Source: Archangium sp. (GTDB taxonomy: Bacteria > Myxococcota > Myxococcia > Myxococcales > Myxococcaceae). Taken from it: a DNA stretch of 64,000 nt. The stretch covers positions 12,976 to 76,975 of the forward strand of contig JANLPS010000358.1 in NCBI GenBank assembly GCA_031367385.1, written 5' to 3'. Of this stretch, positions 28,000 through 37,143 are shown in pieces (positions within the stretch are counted from its first letter, which is position 1; each line of letters begins with the position of its first letter). The notes below the pieces were generated by a model. The model had not been told where the DNA came from. It saw only the letters and a list, made by a program, of their open reading frames with translations, and made no database searches. Made by a program: the position numbers and the translations under genes.

Positions 28000-29711
28000 C
28001 ACTGCACGACGATGTTGAACTCGACGCGGCGGTTGTTCTCACGGCCCGCCGGGGTGTCATTCGTATCGGCTGGCTTCTCTTGCCCAAACCCGACCGGCAC
28101 CAGGCGCTTGTCGTCGACGCCCTTCTTCACCAGGTAGGCCTTCACCGAGTTGGCCCGGTCTTGGCTGAGCGTCTTGTTGTGCTCGGCGGTGCCCACGCTG
28201 TCGGTGTGGCCTTCGACCTGCACCAGGGCAATCTCCGGGTGCTCGGTCATCACTGACGCGACCTGGTCGAGCAAGCCATTCGACTTCTTCAAGATGGTCG
28301 CCTTGTTGGTATCGAAGAAGACCTTCTCTTTGATGATCAGCTTCTCTTTGGTGATGATCACCAGCTGCTTCTTCGCCGCCGGGCACCCCTGGTTCTCTTT
28401 GACGCCGGCCTCTTTGGGGCAGTTGTCGAGGTAATCGGGCACGCCGTCGCCGTCTTGGTCGGGCCACGGGCAGCCCTTGTTCTCGACCGGGCCGGCCTGG
28501 TCGACGCAGCCATCGAGGCGGTCGACAATGGTGTCGCCGTCTTGGTCGGTGTCGGGGCAGCCCTTGTTCAAGGCCGGGCCTGCGAGGGTCGGGCACGAGT
28601 CATTCGGGTCGATCAACCCGTCTTTGTCGGTGTCGGGCCATGGGCAGCCCTTGTTGCCAGGAGCGCCCGGCGTGTCGATGCACGCGTCTAATCGGTCGAC
28701 CACCGAGTCTTGGTCTTTGTCGGTGTCGGGGCAGCCCTTGTTCTCAGCGGGGCCCTTCATGTTCGGGCACGCATCGAGAAAGTTCGACACGTTGTCTTCA
28801 TCGATGTCGAGGTCTGGGCAGTCGGCCAACTCGTACGGCTGCCCCTCGATGCACGGAGGCTTGGTCATGCTCACGTTGGCGAAGGCGATGCCGCCGTAGG
28901 CGCGCAGGTACGGGGTCGAGGGCTCTCCGAAGTAGCCGGGGCCGACCGAGGCGAAGAGCTCGAGGGCACCCACCGGGTAACGAACGCCGATCTGCCCTTC
29001 GACACCAGCGCGGCCGCCACCGGCGAGCGAGACGAAGCCGCGCACGCTGAACTCGGTGCGCAGGCCGGGCCCGACCGAGCCGATCATGCCGCCGATGCCG
29101 ATTTGCGAGCCGACCTTGTCAGCGCGGCTGAAGGTCACCGGGGTGTAGTCGACCACCTGGCGAATCAGGCCTTCGAGCTGCAGGCCGAGCTGAAAGGTCG
29201 AGTAGACCTTGCCCAGGTTCAAGCGGGGCAGCACTTCGACGCCGCCGTTGCCCTGCGCCGCCGCCGAACCCACGGGTATGCCGAGGCCCAAGCCGAACGA
29301 GAGGCTGACCGGGTGCGTGCTGTCGAGAATCATGATCTTGCCGTGCACCATCGGGTTGCCCAACCCCGCGCTCGCCGCGTTGATCGGCGCGATGCTGGTC
29401 TGGCTGAGCAGCACCGGCACGTTGGCGCCGAACTCGAGCCAGTCGGTCACGCCGAGCGCGCCGAACACCTGCAAGCCGAAGCGGTCAGAGATCGAGCCCG
29501 CGGCGCGGTCATTGAGCGAACGAAACTGCGAAAAGGCGTAGGTCAGCGAGGCGCCGGCCCGAAACTCGAGCGCGCCCAGCGTCTGGCCGTTGCCCACCCA
29601 CATCGAGCCACGCGCCGCCGGGTCGAGCCACACCTGCTCGTGGTCGGCAGTCGGAGTTGTCTGCGCCAGCGCCACCGAAGAGACCAAAGCCATCAGGATA
29701 GACGTACGCAC
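27999..29711 (-). CDS. OmpA-family outer-membrane protein with beta-barrel, five thrombospondin type-3 repeats and OmpA domain (TraB-like architecture)
   Basis: Signal peptide; DxDxD...D.C....G...NKGCP x5; VFFDTNKA, VEGHTD, LSQDRANSV, NRRVEF; GGAGG RBS before GTG. Confidence 0.9.
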   Translation of the reverse strand: MRTSILMALVSSVALAQTTPTADHEQVWLDPAARGSMWVGNGQTLGALEFRAGASLTYAFSQFRSLNDRAAGSISDRFGLQVFGALGVTDWLEFGANVPVLLSQTSIAPINAASAGLGNPMVHGKIMILDSTHPVSLSFGLGLGIPVGSAAAQGNGGVEVLPRLNLGKVYSTFQLGLQLEGLIRQVVDYTPVTFSRADKVGSQIGIGGMIGSVGPGLRTEFSVRGFVSLAGGGRAGVEGQIGVRYPVGALELFASVGPGYFGEPSTPYLRAYGGIAFANVSMTKPPCIEGQPYELADCPDLDIDEDNVSNFLDACPNMKGPAENKGCPDTDKDQDSVVDRLDACIDTPGAPGNKGCPWPDTDKDGLIDPNDSCPTLAGPALNKGCPDTDQDGDTIVDRLDGCVDQAGPVENKGCPWPDQDGDGVPDYLDNCPKEAGVKENQGCPAAKKQLVIITKEKLIIKEKVFFDTNKATILKKSNGLLDQVASVMTEHPEIALVQVEGHTDSVGTAEHNKTLSQDRANSVKAYLVKKGVDDKRLVPVGFGQEKPADTNDTPAGRENNRRVEFNIVVQ

Positions 29712-29817
29712 GAGACCTCCCGCTCAAAAGAAAACGAACGGTTCGCCGTAACAAACGGTACCGGTCGCATCTAGGAGAATCATCGGCCGGCCCGCGCACG
29801 CCGAGCGATTTACTGAA

Positions 29818-29845
29818 AATAACCATAATTATAATCATGGTTATT
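29818..29845. promoter_or_regulatory. AT-rich 28-bp near-perfect palindrome in a divergent promoter region (Fur-box-like operator)
   Basis: AATAACCATAATTATAATCATGGTTATT has one mismatched pair and lies between divergently transcribed OM protein genes. Confidence 0.6.
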
Positions 29846-29945
29846 ATGCCGCGAGTGTGGGTGCGTGCCCGGTATGGCTCAAGGTGGGCCGAGTGCGTAC
29901 CCGATGCCTCGAGCCTGCTGTGGCATCATGGCCGCAGGGGGTCTC

Positions 29946-31157
29946 ATGCTGTGGCTTTCGTTGTCAGTGGCGCTGGGCGCCGCTCTGGTCGCCCCGACGC
30001 GGGTCGACGCGGTTCGAGTCGAGGGGCTCTGGTTTTCGACCGAGGCGACGGTGCTGCGAGAGCTGCCCTTCGGGGTCGGCGAGCAGGTCACCCCCGCGCA
30101 GTGGCAGCTCTTCGAGACCCGGCTGTGGAACCTGGGCATCTTCAGCCAGGTCGAGCTGCGGCTGAGCCCCGAGAACGGCCAGATGGTCGCGGTGGTGAAA
30201 ATCGAAGACCGCTTCCCCGTCAGCCCGATTCTTCGCGCCAACTTCGGAGGCGGGCAGTTTTTTCTATGGGCCGGTGTGACCGAGGTGAACTTGTTCGGGC
30301 GGGCCATCGAAGGGCGCGCATTTTACGAGCGCTTCGGGTCGCAGAACGGGTTTCACGTGCACCTGCTCGACCCCAGGCTCTTCAACCGGCGCATCGCAGG
30401 CACCATCGAGGTCGAGTCGCTCGCCCAGCCTTTGCCCGAGCTGACCGTTCGCCGTGGGGCGGTGAGGCTCGCGTTCGAGACCAACGCGCCCGGCGTGACC
30501 GACGACCTGTTTCGCATCGGCGTCAAGCTCGAGGGCAACAGCGATGAGATCACCGCAGTGTCACCGCACGCGGTGAGCCTCAGCTCGAAGGCAATCGTCA
30601 TCGGCCCCTACGTGCGCGTGGGCCGCATCGACACCGACCGGCTGCGGCTGCGCAATGGCTTCATCGAGGTACACGCTGACTCGGCCTCGAGCTCCGACCC
30701 GTTGTACCCCTTCGCAGAACGGCTGACCCTCGAGGCTCAATGGTTTTGGGAGCTGGGCGCTCGCTTCAACCTCGGTACGCGGGTGCTCAGTGGGCTCGAA
30801 GTTGGAGCCAGGCCGCAAGACCGGTTCTACATCGGAGGTTTGGACAAGGTGCGCGGCTACGTCTACTCCGAGATTCGGGCGCAGAAGTACGCCACCGCCA
30901 ACCTCGAGCTGCGCTTCATCGCGTTCGATTCGATGTGGTTCGCGGCGATGCCCATCGCGTTCGTCGATGGCGGCATGGCCCAGCGAGACACCGGTGAAGG
31001 CCAACCCCTCGCGAGTGTCGGCGCCGGGCTGCGGCTGATGGTGCCGCGCTTGCCCCGGTTCGGCATTCGCTTCGAGGTGGCGTTTCCCCTCGTCGGAACC
31101 CGGCAGACCGATGTCGGCCGGCCGGGCATCAACTTTGGGGCCTGGCACTACTTTTAA
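29946..31157 (+). CDS. Omp85 (BamA/TamA-family) outer-membrane protein with one POTRA domain
   Basis: V.VEG...TE.TVLREL, RLWNLGIFSQV, E.NLFGR, FYIGGLDKVRGY, FVDGG, GAGLR, C-terminal YF. Confidence 0.85.
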   Translation: MLWLSLSVALGAALVAPTRVDAVRVEGLWFSTEATVLRELPFGVGEQVTPAQWQLFETRLWNLGIFSQVELRLSPENGQMVAVVKIEDRFPVSPILRANFGGGQFFLWAGVTEVNLFGRAIEGRAFYERFGSQNGFHVHLLDPRLFNRRIAGTIEVESLAQPLPELTVRRGAVRLAFETNAPGVTDDLFRIGVKLEGNSDEITAVSPHAVSLSSKAIVIGPYVRVGRIDTDRLRLRNGFIEVHADSASSSDPLYPFAERLTLEAQWFWELGARFNLGTRVLSGLEVGARPQDRFYIGGLDKVRGYVYSEIRAQKYATANLELRFIAFDSMWFAAMPIAFVDGGMAQRDTGEGQPLASVGAGLRLMVPRLPRFGIRFEVAFPLVGTRQTDVGRPGINFGAWHYF

Positions 31158-31167
31158 AGCGAGAAGC

Positions 31168-32109
31168 CTACGGCTTGACGATCAACCCGGTGGCCGGGTC
31201 GATGCGCGGCGTACCCTTCGAGGTGTTCGAGAAGCTGGTGGTGACGCCGTCTGCGATGTCGATGCCCCAAGCTTTGATCAGCGCGACCGGGTCGATGAAC
31301 TTCGCCGAGCCCTTGCCGGCGAGCTTCGAGATGACGCCCGACATTTCGACCCCGGTGACCTTGCCGTCATTCACGTCGAGGTGGCCGGTGAACATCACCT
31401 TCTTGCCGCGACCCAGGTCGGGGTTGGTGAGAATGGTGCCTTCGCCAGGCAAGCGCCGCGTCGCCGGCAAGCAGTGCAGCGAGCCGTCTTCGAGCACCGC
31501 GAAATTCGCCGACCACTTCTGGCCTTCGCTGCCGCGCGCGTACAGGTTCGCGTCGTGGTCGCCGTGGTCGTAGTTCTCGGTGACGAGGCCGCGCCCACCG
31601 GTGCTCTGAATGTAATCGACCGTGTCTTCTTCGGGGTCGGCGGTGCCCTTGACGTCGATTTGCGTCAGCGGCTGATCAATCGCCTTGTCGGCGGCCAGCG
31701 ACTCCGGAGTGATCTCGGTGTAGCGAAAGCCCATCACGCCCTTCGCGTCGTTCGCGCCAGCGGTCACGCCATAGGTGTTGTACTTCGGGTTGTCGGCCGC
31801 ATAGACAGCCGCGCCGTCGAGCTTCGCCTTGGCCAGCAACGCCCTGACCGCCGGAGGCACCTCGGTGCCGCCAAAAGTGGTCTTCGATGCAACGTACTTG
31901 GGTTGATCTGAACGAATGAAGACGTCGGCACCCGACTCGAGCACCACGCCCGGGTCGCTCTTGAGCGCCACCAGCGCGCCGAGCTCCTCGGCGTCGATCT
32001 GCCCGTCGTTGTTCTTGGCGATGTACCGCGCGGTCTCCATCTCGCGAGGCGTGATCTTGCCGTCGGCGGCCGCAGCAGTGAGGTAGCTCTTGAACCCAGT
32101 GATCGACAT
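31168..32109 (-). CDS. Hypothetical protein (EF-hand-like N-terminus, possible toxin-like C-terminal domain)
   Basis: ATG 32109 with GGAG upstream; DGKIT..E and NNDGQIDAEE; strong coding bias. Confidence 0.65.
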   Translation of the reverse strand: MSITGFKSYLTAAAADGKITPREMETARYIAKNNDGQIDAEELGALVALKSDPGVVLESGADVFIRSDQPKYVASKTTFGGTEVPPAVRALLAKAKLDGAAVYAADNPKYNTYGVTAGANDAKGVMGFRYTEITPESLAADKAIDQPLTQIDVKGTADPEEDTVDYIQSTGGRGLVTENYDHGDHDANLYARGSEGQKWSANFAVLEDGSLHCLPATRRLPGEGTILTNPDLGRGKKVMFTGHLDVNDGKVTGVEMSGVISKLAGKGSAKFIDPVALIKAWGIDIADGVTTSFSNTSKGTPRIDPATGLIVKP

Positions 32110-32215
32110 GTGTGCCCGTCTCCCATTTTTGCCTACACTTCGGTTATCGAGCGGCCCACCGCAGAGTTCCTTCAAACGGTCACAATTCGCCCCGAAAGCA
32201 AAACGACGAGCGAAA

Positions 32216-33778
32216 TCAGGCCTTTCGACGAAAGGCGCGGGCATCAGGCAACCCGCTGCCCGAGGTGTCGACCGACAAGGCGTGCAGAATGCCGGCGAAC
32301 AGGTCGCGATCATTCGAGAGGGTCTTGGTGGTGTCGGGCGCGCCCGTCTCGGGGTCGAAGCCGGAGCTGAGCAGGGTGGTCGGGCTGACGCTGCCGAGCA
32401 CGGTGTTGCCCTTGACCAGCGGCGAGACGAGCAGGTGCCCGTTGTTGAAATCGTGACCGGTGCCGAACTGCATCGCGCCGCTCGGCCGCTGCTTGGTGCG
32501 CCCGAAGTCGGTCGCCACGTAGAGCAAGGTGTGGTCCCACAGGCTGGTGCCCGCCACTTCGGGAAAAGGCTCGCCCTTGAGCAAGGTGATCAGCCGATCA
32601 GCGACGCCGAGAATTCGGTTCCACATGAAAGCTTGGGTGCCGCGGTGATCATTGTGCGAAAAATCGAAGGCCAGCGGAGGGTTGCCCAGCGTGCCCGCGT
32701 TGAGCAGCACGTTGAAGTTGGGGCCGATGGTGACCGCGACCGAGACCCGATTCTTCAGCAGCAAGTACGCCGCGGCAGCCTGGCCCTCGAATTGATCAGT
32801 GAAGAAGTTGGGAAACGCGGCGCGCACCTTGGCCGCGTCGGGCGATTCGGCCAGCCCGTACTCGGTCAGCGGTATCGACGGAGGTTGGTTGGGCAGCACG
32901 TTGAGCTTGGTGATCAAATCCATCGCTTCGAGGCCGTGTTGCGAGGGGCCGCGTTGGTCGTACCAGCGCTTGAGCCGGTCACTGCTGCTGAAGGTGCGCG
33001 CAAAGGTCGATTCGGGGTCGAGCTGCTCGTTGCGAACCTTGCGGGCCAGCTCAACCAACGAGCGGTCGGGCAGGTTCTTGATGCCCCGCATGCCGTCGAG
33101 GCCGAGCGGCCAAAGCGACGGGTTGGCCACCGATTCGGCGTAGCAATACGCCGGTAAGCTCGAGTCGCTGCCGTTCTCGAGGTAGCCCCCGGTGCCCATG
33201 TTCACGTGAGGTATGGGAAACGCGGCGCCGTACTCCAGCGCGACGCACTCTTGCAGGGTGCGACCGTTCCACGCGCCGTTGCCGGTGAGGCTGCGCTTCT
33301 GCGCGATGACGTGGTTGACGCTGGTGCCGATGAACGAGCTGACCAACATATCGCTCTGGTGCTTGTTCACGAACGACGACTGGCTGGCCACCACTGGCAA
33401 CTTGAGCGAGCCCAGCGTGAGCTCTCCGTTGAAGTCGACCGCGCGCAGCGGCGAGCCGGCGAAGCTCTTCACCAACGAGTCGGGGAAGGTGTTCAGCGTC
33501 GCGCCGTTCGCAGACTCCGATTGGCGCAGCGCCATGAAGCTGTCGACGATTGACGCCCCGCCGGTGGCGGCGATGACGATGATGAACTTGGGGGTCTTGC
33601 CCAGCGCGTCTTTGCGCGTCGCGACGCTGCCCAGCTGCTCTCGCCGCTCGGGCGTGAGCTGATCATCGCGGCAGCCTTGCAGCATCACCGACATCGCGGC
33701 CGACCCGCCGGTCGCGGCGACCGACAGGGCCTTCATCATCTCTCTGCGACTCAACCGACCGTCTTTTTTCAGGCTCAT
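32216..33778 (-). CDS. DUF1501-family Tat-exported protein
   Basis: Tat motif SRREMMK; I...A.GG.S..D.F; FDFSH..H; SLWD.T.L.V.TDFGRT; GTGH; GG/GN..LG. Confidence 0.75.
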   Translation of the reverse strand: MSLKKDGRLSRREMMKALSVAATGGSAAMSVMLQGCRDDQLTPERREQLGSVATRKDALGKTPKFIIVIAATGGASIVDSFMALRQSESANGATLNTFPDSLVKSFAGSPLRAVDFNGELTLGSLKLPVVASQSSFVNKHQSDMLVSSFIGTSVNHVIAQKRSLTGNGAWNGRTLQECVALEYGAAFPIPHVNMGTGGYLENGSDSSLPAYCYAESVANPSLWPLGLDGMRGIKNLPDRSLVELARKVRNEQLDPESTFARTFSSSDRLKRWYDQRGPSQHGLEAMDLITKLNVLPNQPPSIPLTEYGLAESPDAAKVRAAFPNFFTDQFEGQAAAAYLLLKNRVSVAVTIGPNFNVLLNAGTLGNPPLAFDFSHNDHRGTQAFMWNRILGVADRLITLLKGEPFPEVAGTSLWDHTLLYVATDFGRTKQRPSGAMQFGTGHDFNNGHLLVSPLVKGNTVLGSVSPTTLLSSGFDPETGAPDTTKTLSNDRDLFAGILHALSVDTSGSGLPDARAFRRKA

Positions 33779-33796
33779 TGGGCAGCTCTTTGAAGG

Positions 33797-34456
33797 TCAG
33801 TAGAAAATCGATTCAACCGAGGTCAGCACCGCGAAGCACGACAAGGTCAACCAGGCCTTGCCGGGGTCTGGCTTGCCCGAGGCGACGATGTCGGCGTTCA
33901 GCTGCGCCAGGTGCGCAAGCTCGCTCGCCGTCGGAGGCCGCTGCATCACCCGCTTGTAGAGCGCGTCGAGTGCCGCGGTCGCCTCGACCGAGCCCGGGTC
34001 GACCTTGCCACCCACGATGGCGATGTTCTTGAAGATCACCGCGTTGAGTGGAGAGCTCAGATCAGTCTCGACCCGCTGCGAGCACCCAGCGAGCGCGATG
34101 CGGTCGACCACCAACGGCGAAGTGACACCGGTGAACGGGAGCGGCTCGTACAGCCCGCTGCCGTACGGGTCGACGCCGCCCAACGCCAGCGGGTGCACGA
34201 AGAGCGAGCACGAATACTGGCCGAGCTCTTTGCACAAGGTGTCGTACGGCAGCCCGAGCGCGTTGCCGAAGTCGAAGGTGATGCGCTCGTTGCGTTTGAA
34301 GCGCACGTTGCCCTTGGCTGAAATACCGAATGCCGGGCCCGCATCAAACGACCCATCTCCGCCACCGGTACCGCCACCGTCGGTCGAGCCTGCGCCCGGG
34401 CCAGGGCACCCGAGGGCCACCACCACCAACACCGCGAGAAGGAGCTTAAGGCGCAC
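33797..34456 (-). CDS. Hypothetical lipoprotein in the DUF1501 operon
   Basis: Lipobox ALGC; DGG/DAG linker; LYKR.MQRPPT..E and C..VL.S.E..FY helical C-terminus. Confidence 0.75.
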   Translation of the reverse strand: MRLKLLLAVLVVVALGCPGPGAGSTDGGGTGGGDGSFDAGPAFGISAKGNVRFKRNERITFDFGNALGLPYDTLCKELGQYSCSLFVHPLALGGVDPYGSGLYEPLPFTGVTSPLVVDRIALAGCSQRVETDLSSPLNAVIFKNIAIVGGKVDPGSVEATAALDALYKRVMQRPPTASELAHLAQLNADIVASGKPDPGKAWLTLSCFAVLTSVESIFY

Positions 34457-35864
34457 CGTAGGCCTCCGTGCGCACCAGCGCGTGCAGCATCTTTTTCACG
34501 CTGTAATTTTGCGTGGTCTTGAGGTCTTTCCACAGCGTGACGAACTCGGCGTTCTGCTCGGCGGTGGGCGGGCCCCCCATCAGCAGCTTCCAATAATCCA
34601 TCACGGTGGCGACCGCGAAGGCGTCGCTGTTGGCGGCGACCTGGGCCCACTGCTTCAGGTCGTTGACCTTCTGCCCGAAGATGTACCCCTGTTCGGGTAT
34701 CTGCGTGATGGTGCTCGCCTGCGCCGAGAAGAACGTCTCGATGCGACTGGGCACGTAGCGCAAGACCTGCTGATCACTGCCGGTGATGCCGTTGTAGTTG
34801 CGAAACGGGTAGCTGAGCGGGTCGAGCGTGGCGTGGCACTGCGTGCACAACGGCTGGGTCACGCCCTTCGCGTCGAAGTCTCGAGGCTCGTTCGCGATGG
34901 GGTAGAGGCCCTCTTGCTTGGCGATGTCGAGGCCCAGGTACCCGCGGTAGGCCTGCGACGCGGCGTTGCGCGGCAGCGCGGTGAACATCGTGAAGTACCC
35001 GAGCGCCCAGGCGGTGGTCAGGTTGCCCGCGCGGTGGTCGACGTCGACCGCTTGAAACGAGATGAACGGCGCCTTGGTGTAGGTGGTCACCGGCGTCGCG
35101 CTTCGCACGACGAAGTAATTCGCGGTGAGCACGTCGCGGGCGTCGTGATCATCGAGCTGCGAGTACACGAACAGCGCGTAGTCGTCGTAGTAGTCGCCGA
35201 GCTGCACGATGCCGGTGTCTTCAGGGCCGCCCTTGAGCGTGCCGACCGGGCGAACCTTGCGGTGCGCGAGCTGCCACACTTGCCCGTTCTTCGCGCGCCA
35301 GTATTCGGCGCCCATGCAGGAGTCGAGCACCACGTCGATTCTCGCGGTCTGCTGCGCCGAGGTCATCGCGCTGAAGGCCTCGAGGTCGGCGTAGGCCGGA
35401 GAGCCACCGCAGAAGTCGATGATCATCTTTCGGTACACGTAGCGGTTGTCGTACTTGCACACGGTGTACGACGGGTTGATGCCCGCGCCGCAGGGTACGT
35501 CGCGCGGCAAGCTCGCCGCTTCGGCCGGCAGGGTGCCCTTTTGAATTTCGACCAGGTTGGTGACGCCGTCGCCGTCGCTGTCGAGGCCTTCGACCGCGCT
35601 CAACGCGGCGGGCAGCGCCATCTGAAAATCACCGTCGCTCAGCGGCCGCATCGCGCCTGGCAACAGCTTGCTCTCGACCGACAACCCGAACGCGTTTCGG
35701 GTCGGCGGAGAGCTGTGACAGTAGGTGCACGCCGGCTGGCCTCCGGTGCAGGTCGGAGCCGTCGGGTACTTCGCACAGAACGTCGAAGGCGCGGGCGGCT
35801 TGGCCCACGTCGACATTGCGATGATCAGCGAAACCGCCGCTGTACTTCGAAATCGAGCTGTCAT
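34446..35864 (-). CDS. Secreted protein with two CxxCH motifs (DUF1585/DUF1588-like)
   Basis: Signal peptide; CTYCH and CTQCHATLDPL..PF; DSDGDGVTNLVEI; Y..K.ML..LV..EAY C-terminus. Confidence 0.75.
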   Translation of the reverse strand: MTARFRSTAAVSLIIAMSTWAKPPAPSTFCAKYPTAPTCTGGQPACTYCHSSPPTRNAFGLSVESKLLPGAMRPLSDGDFQMALPAALSAVEGLDSDGDGVTNLVEIQKGTLPAEAASLPRDVPCGAGINPSYTVCKYDNRYVYRKMIIDFCGGSPAYADLEAFSAMTSAQQTARIDVVLDSCMGAEYWRAKNGQVWQLAHRKVRPVGTLKGGPEDTGIVQLGDYYDDYALFVYSQLDDHDARDVLTANYFVVRSATPVTTYTKAPFISFQAVDVDHRAGNLTTAWALGYFTMFTALPRNAASQAYRGYLGLDIAKQEGLYPIANEPRDFDAKGVTQPLCTQCHATLDPLSYPFRNYNGITGSDQQVLRYVPSRIETFFSAQASTITQIPEQGYIFGQKVNDLKQWAQVAANSDAFAVATVMDYWKLLMGGPPTAEQNAEFVTLWKDLKTTQNYSVKKMLHALVRTEAYGAP

Positions 35865-35964
35865 TGGGGCCTGAAGACAATGACACAGCAGGCAGCCCAG
35901 AACAGAAATCGGGGCTTCGAAAACCTCGGTGTGCGCAACTCGCTCACACCGTGCCGCGGGGGGC

Positions 35965-37059
35965 TTAGAAGAGGTGCTCTTTGGGGTCGTGCGCGAAGCT
36001 CTTCTCGATGACCTTGTACGGGGTCTTCACGATGGGCAGCTCGTTCGGGTCGAGCTTGTCGTAGCTCAATTGCAGGCGGCTGTTCTCGCCGTGCATCTCC
36101 ATTGCGCCCGAGTACTTGCGAGCGTCGGTGCCCAGACCCTGCACGGTCATCGTGCCGCCGTAGACCGTGGCGCGGGCCAGGTAGATGACGGGGTCGTGGG
36201 CCGACATCTGATTCACGGTGATGCTGGCGGTGGCGTGGCCGACGCCGCGCTCATCGAGCTCGGTGGTCAGCGCCTTCGCGGTGTTCAACATGCCCTGAAT
36301 CGCCACGATGGCCGCGCCGACGGCGGCGGTGATGTCGGTCTTGCCGTCGGTGGTCATCACCTTGTTCTTCGACAGGTACTCGAAGTTCGCCTCGCCCAGG
36401 TCAGCGCGAATGCGGCGGTGCACCGCGTTGTCGGCGTTGAAGCTGCTCAGGGTGCCTACCAAAGCGCCACAGGCGCTGCGCGGTTGACGCCAAGGCGACT
36501 CGCGGGTCTTGCCGTATGTATGCGCCTCACCATTCTCATCGAGGCGGCCGACGTGGGTCTTCAAATCGATCGCCACCATCACGAACGACTGGGCGTGGCC
36601 CTGATAGAGCTTGCGGCGCAACGGCTCATCGAGCTGGTGCGCCACGGTGACGTGGGCGAGGGTGGCGCCGTCGTCGGTGCCGCCGCCGGTCGGAGAAAAC
36701 GCCTCGAGCTTGAGCTCACCGATTTCTGAGAGCGTGCCGAAGCGCGCGGCCACGGTCTGCTCATAGGCCTTGGTGGCCTCGCCCTGGTGAATGCGGTCTC
36801 CGCAGTTGGTGTGCGCGACGGTGGTGACCACGGTGGGCACCGACAAATCTGCCCCACATGCGACCAGATCAGACTCGGTCTGCGCGTCGGCCAGCTGCAG
36901 CTCGTCTCGCATCAGCTGCATGCCGTTGACCAGGGTGTACCGGTCACTGACGATTTCGTTCAGATAGCAGGCATACGCGCTGCCCTCCGCGCCGAACTTC
37001 GCCTTGAGGTTCCACAATCGATTGACTCTGAGGGTCGCTGCGGTTGGGTCGAATTTCAT
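35965..37059 (-). CDS. Hypothetical protein, probable LCIB/LCIC-like beta-carbonic anhydrase fold
   Basis: Ordered motifs NCGD, F..TGG, THVG...G...YG..R, SACGAL (Cys/His/Cys Zn ligands). ATG 37059. Confidence 0.6.
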   Translation of the reverse strand: MKFDPTAATLRVNRLWNLKAKFGAEGSAYACYLNEIVSDRYTLVNGMQLMRDELQLADAQTESDLVACGADLSVPTVVTTVAHTNCGDRIHQGEATKAYEQTVAARFGTLSEIGELKLEAFSPTGGGTDDGATLAHVTVAHQLDEPLRRKLYQGHAQSFVMVAIDLKTHVGRLDENGEAHTYGKTRESPWRQPRSACGALVGTLSSFNADNAVHRRIRADLGEANFEYLSKNKVMTTDGKTDITAAVGAAIVAIQGMLNTAKALTTELDERGVGHATASITVNQMSAHDPVIYLARATVYGGTMTVQGLGTDARKYSGAMEMHGENSRLQLSYDKLDPNELPIVKTPYKVIEKSFAHDPKEHLF

Positions 37060-37143
37060 GGGCCCAAACCCTACCCGAAAGTCAGCCAGACGCTCTTCGA
37101 TTCGAGCTGGGCCTCGCCGATTTAAACCGGTTAGAAGCCCCCG

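Noticed and set aside
27999..29711. traAB kin-recognition locus
   Set aside because: The architecture is TraB-like, but no traA (PA14/Cys-rich/MYXO-CTERM) gene lies upstream; treated as a paralog.
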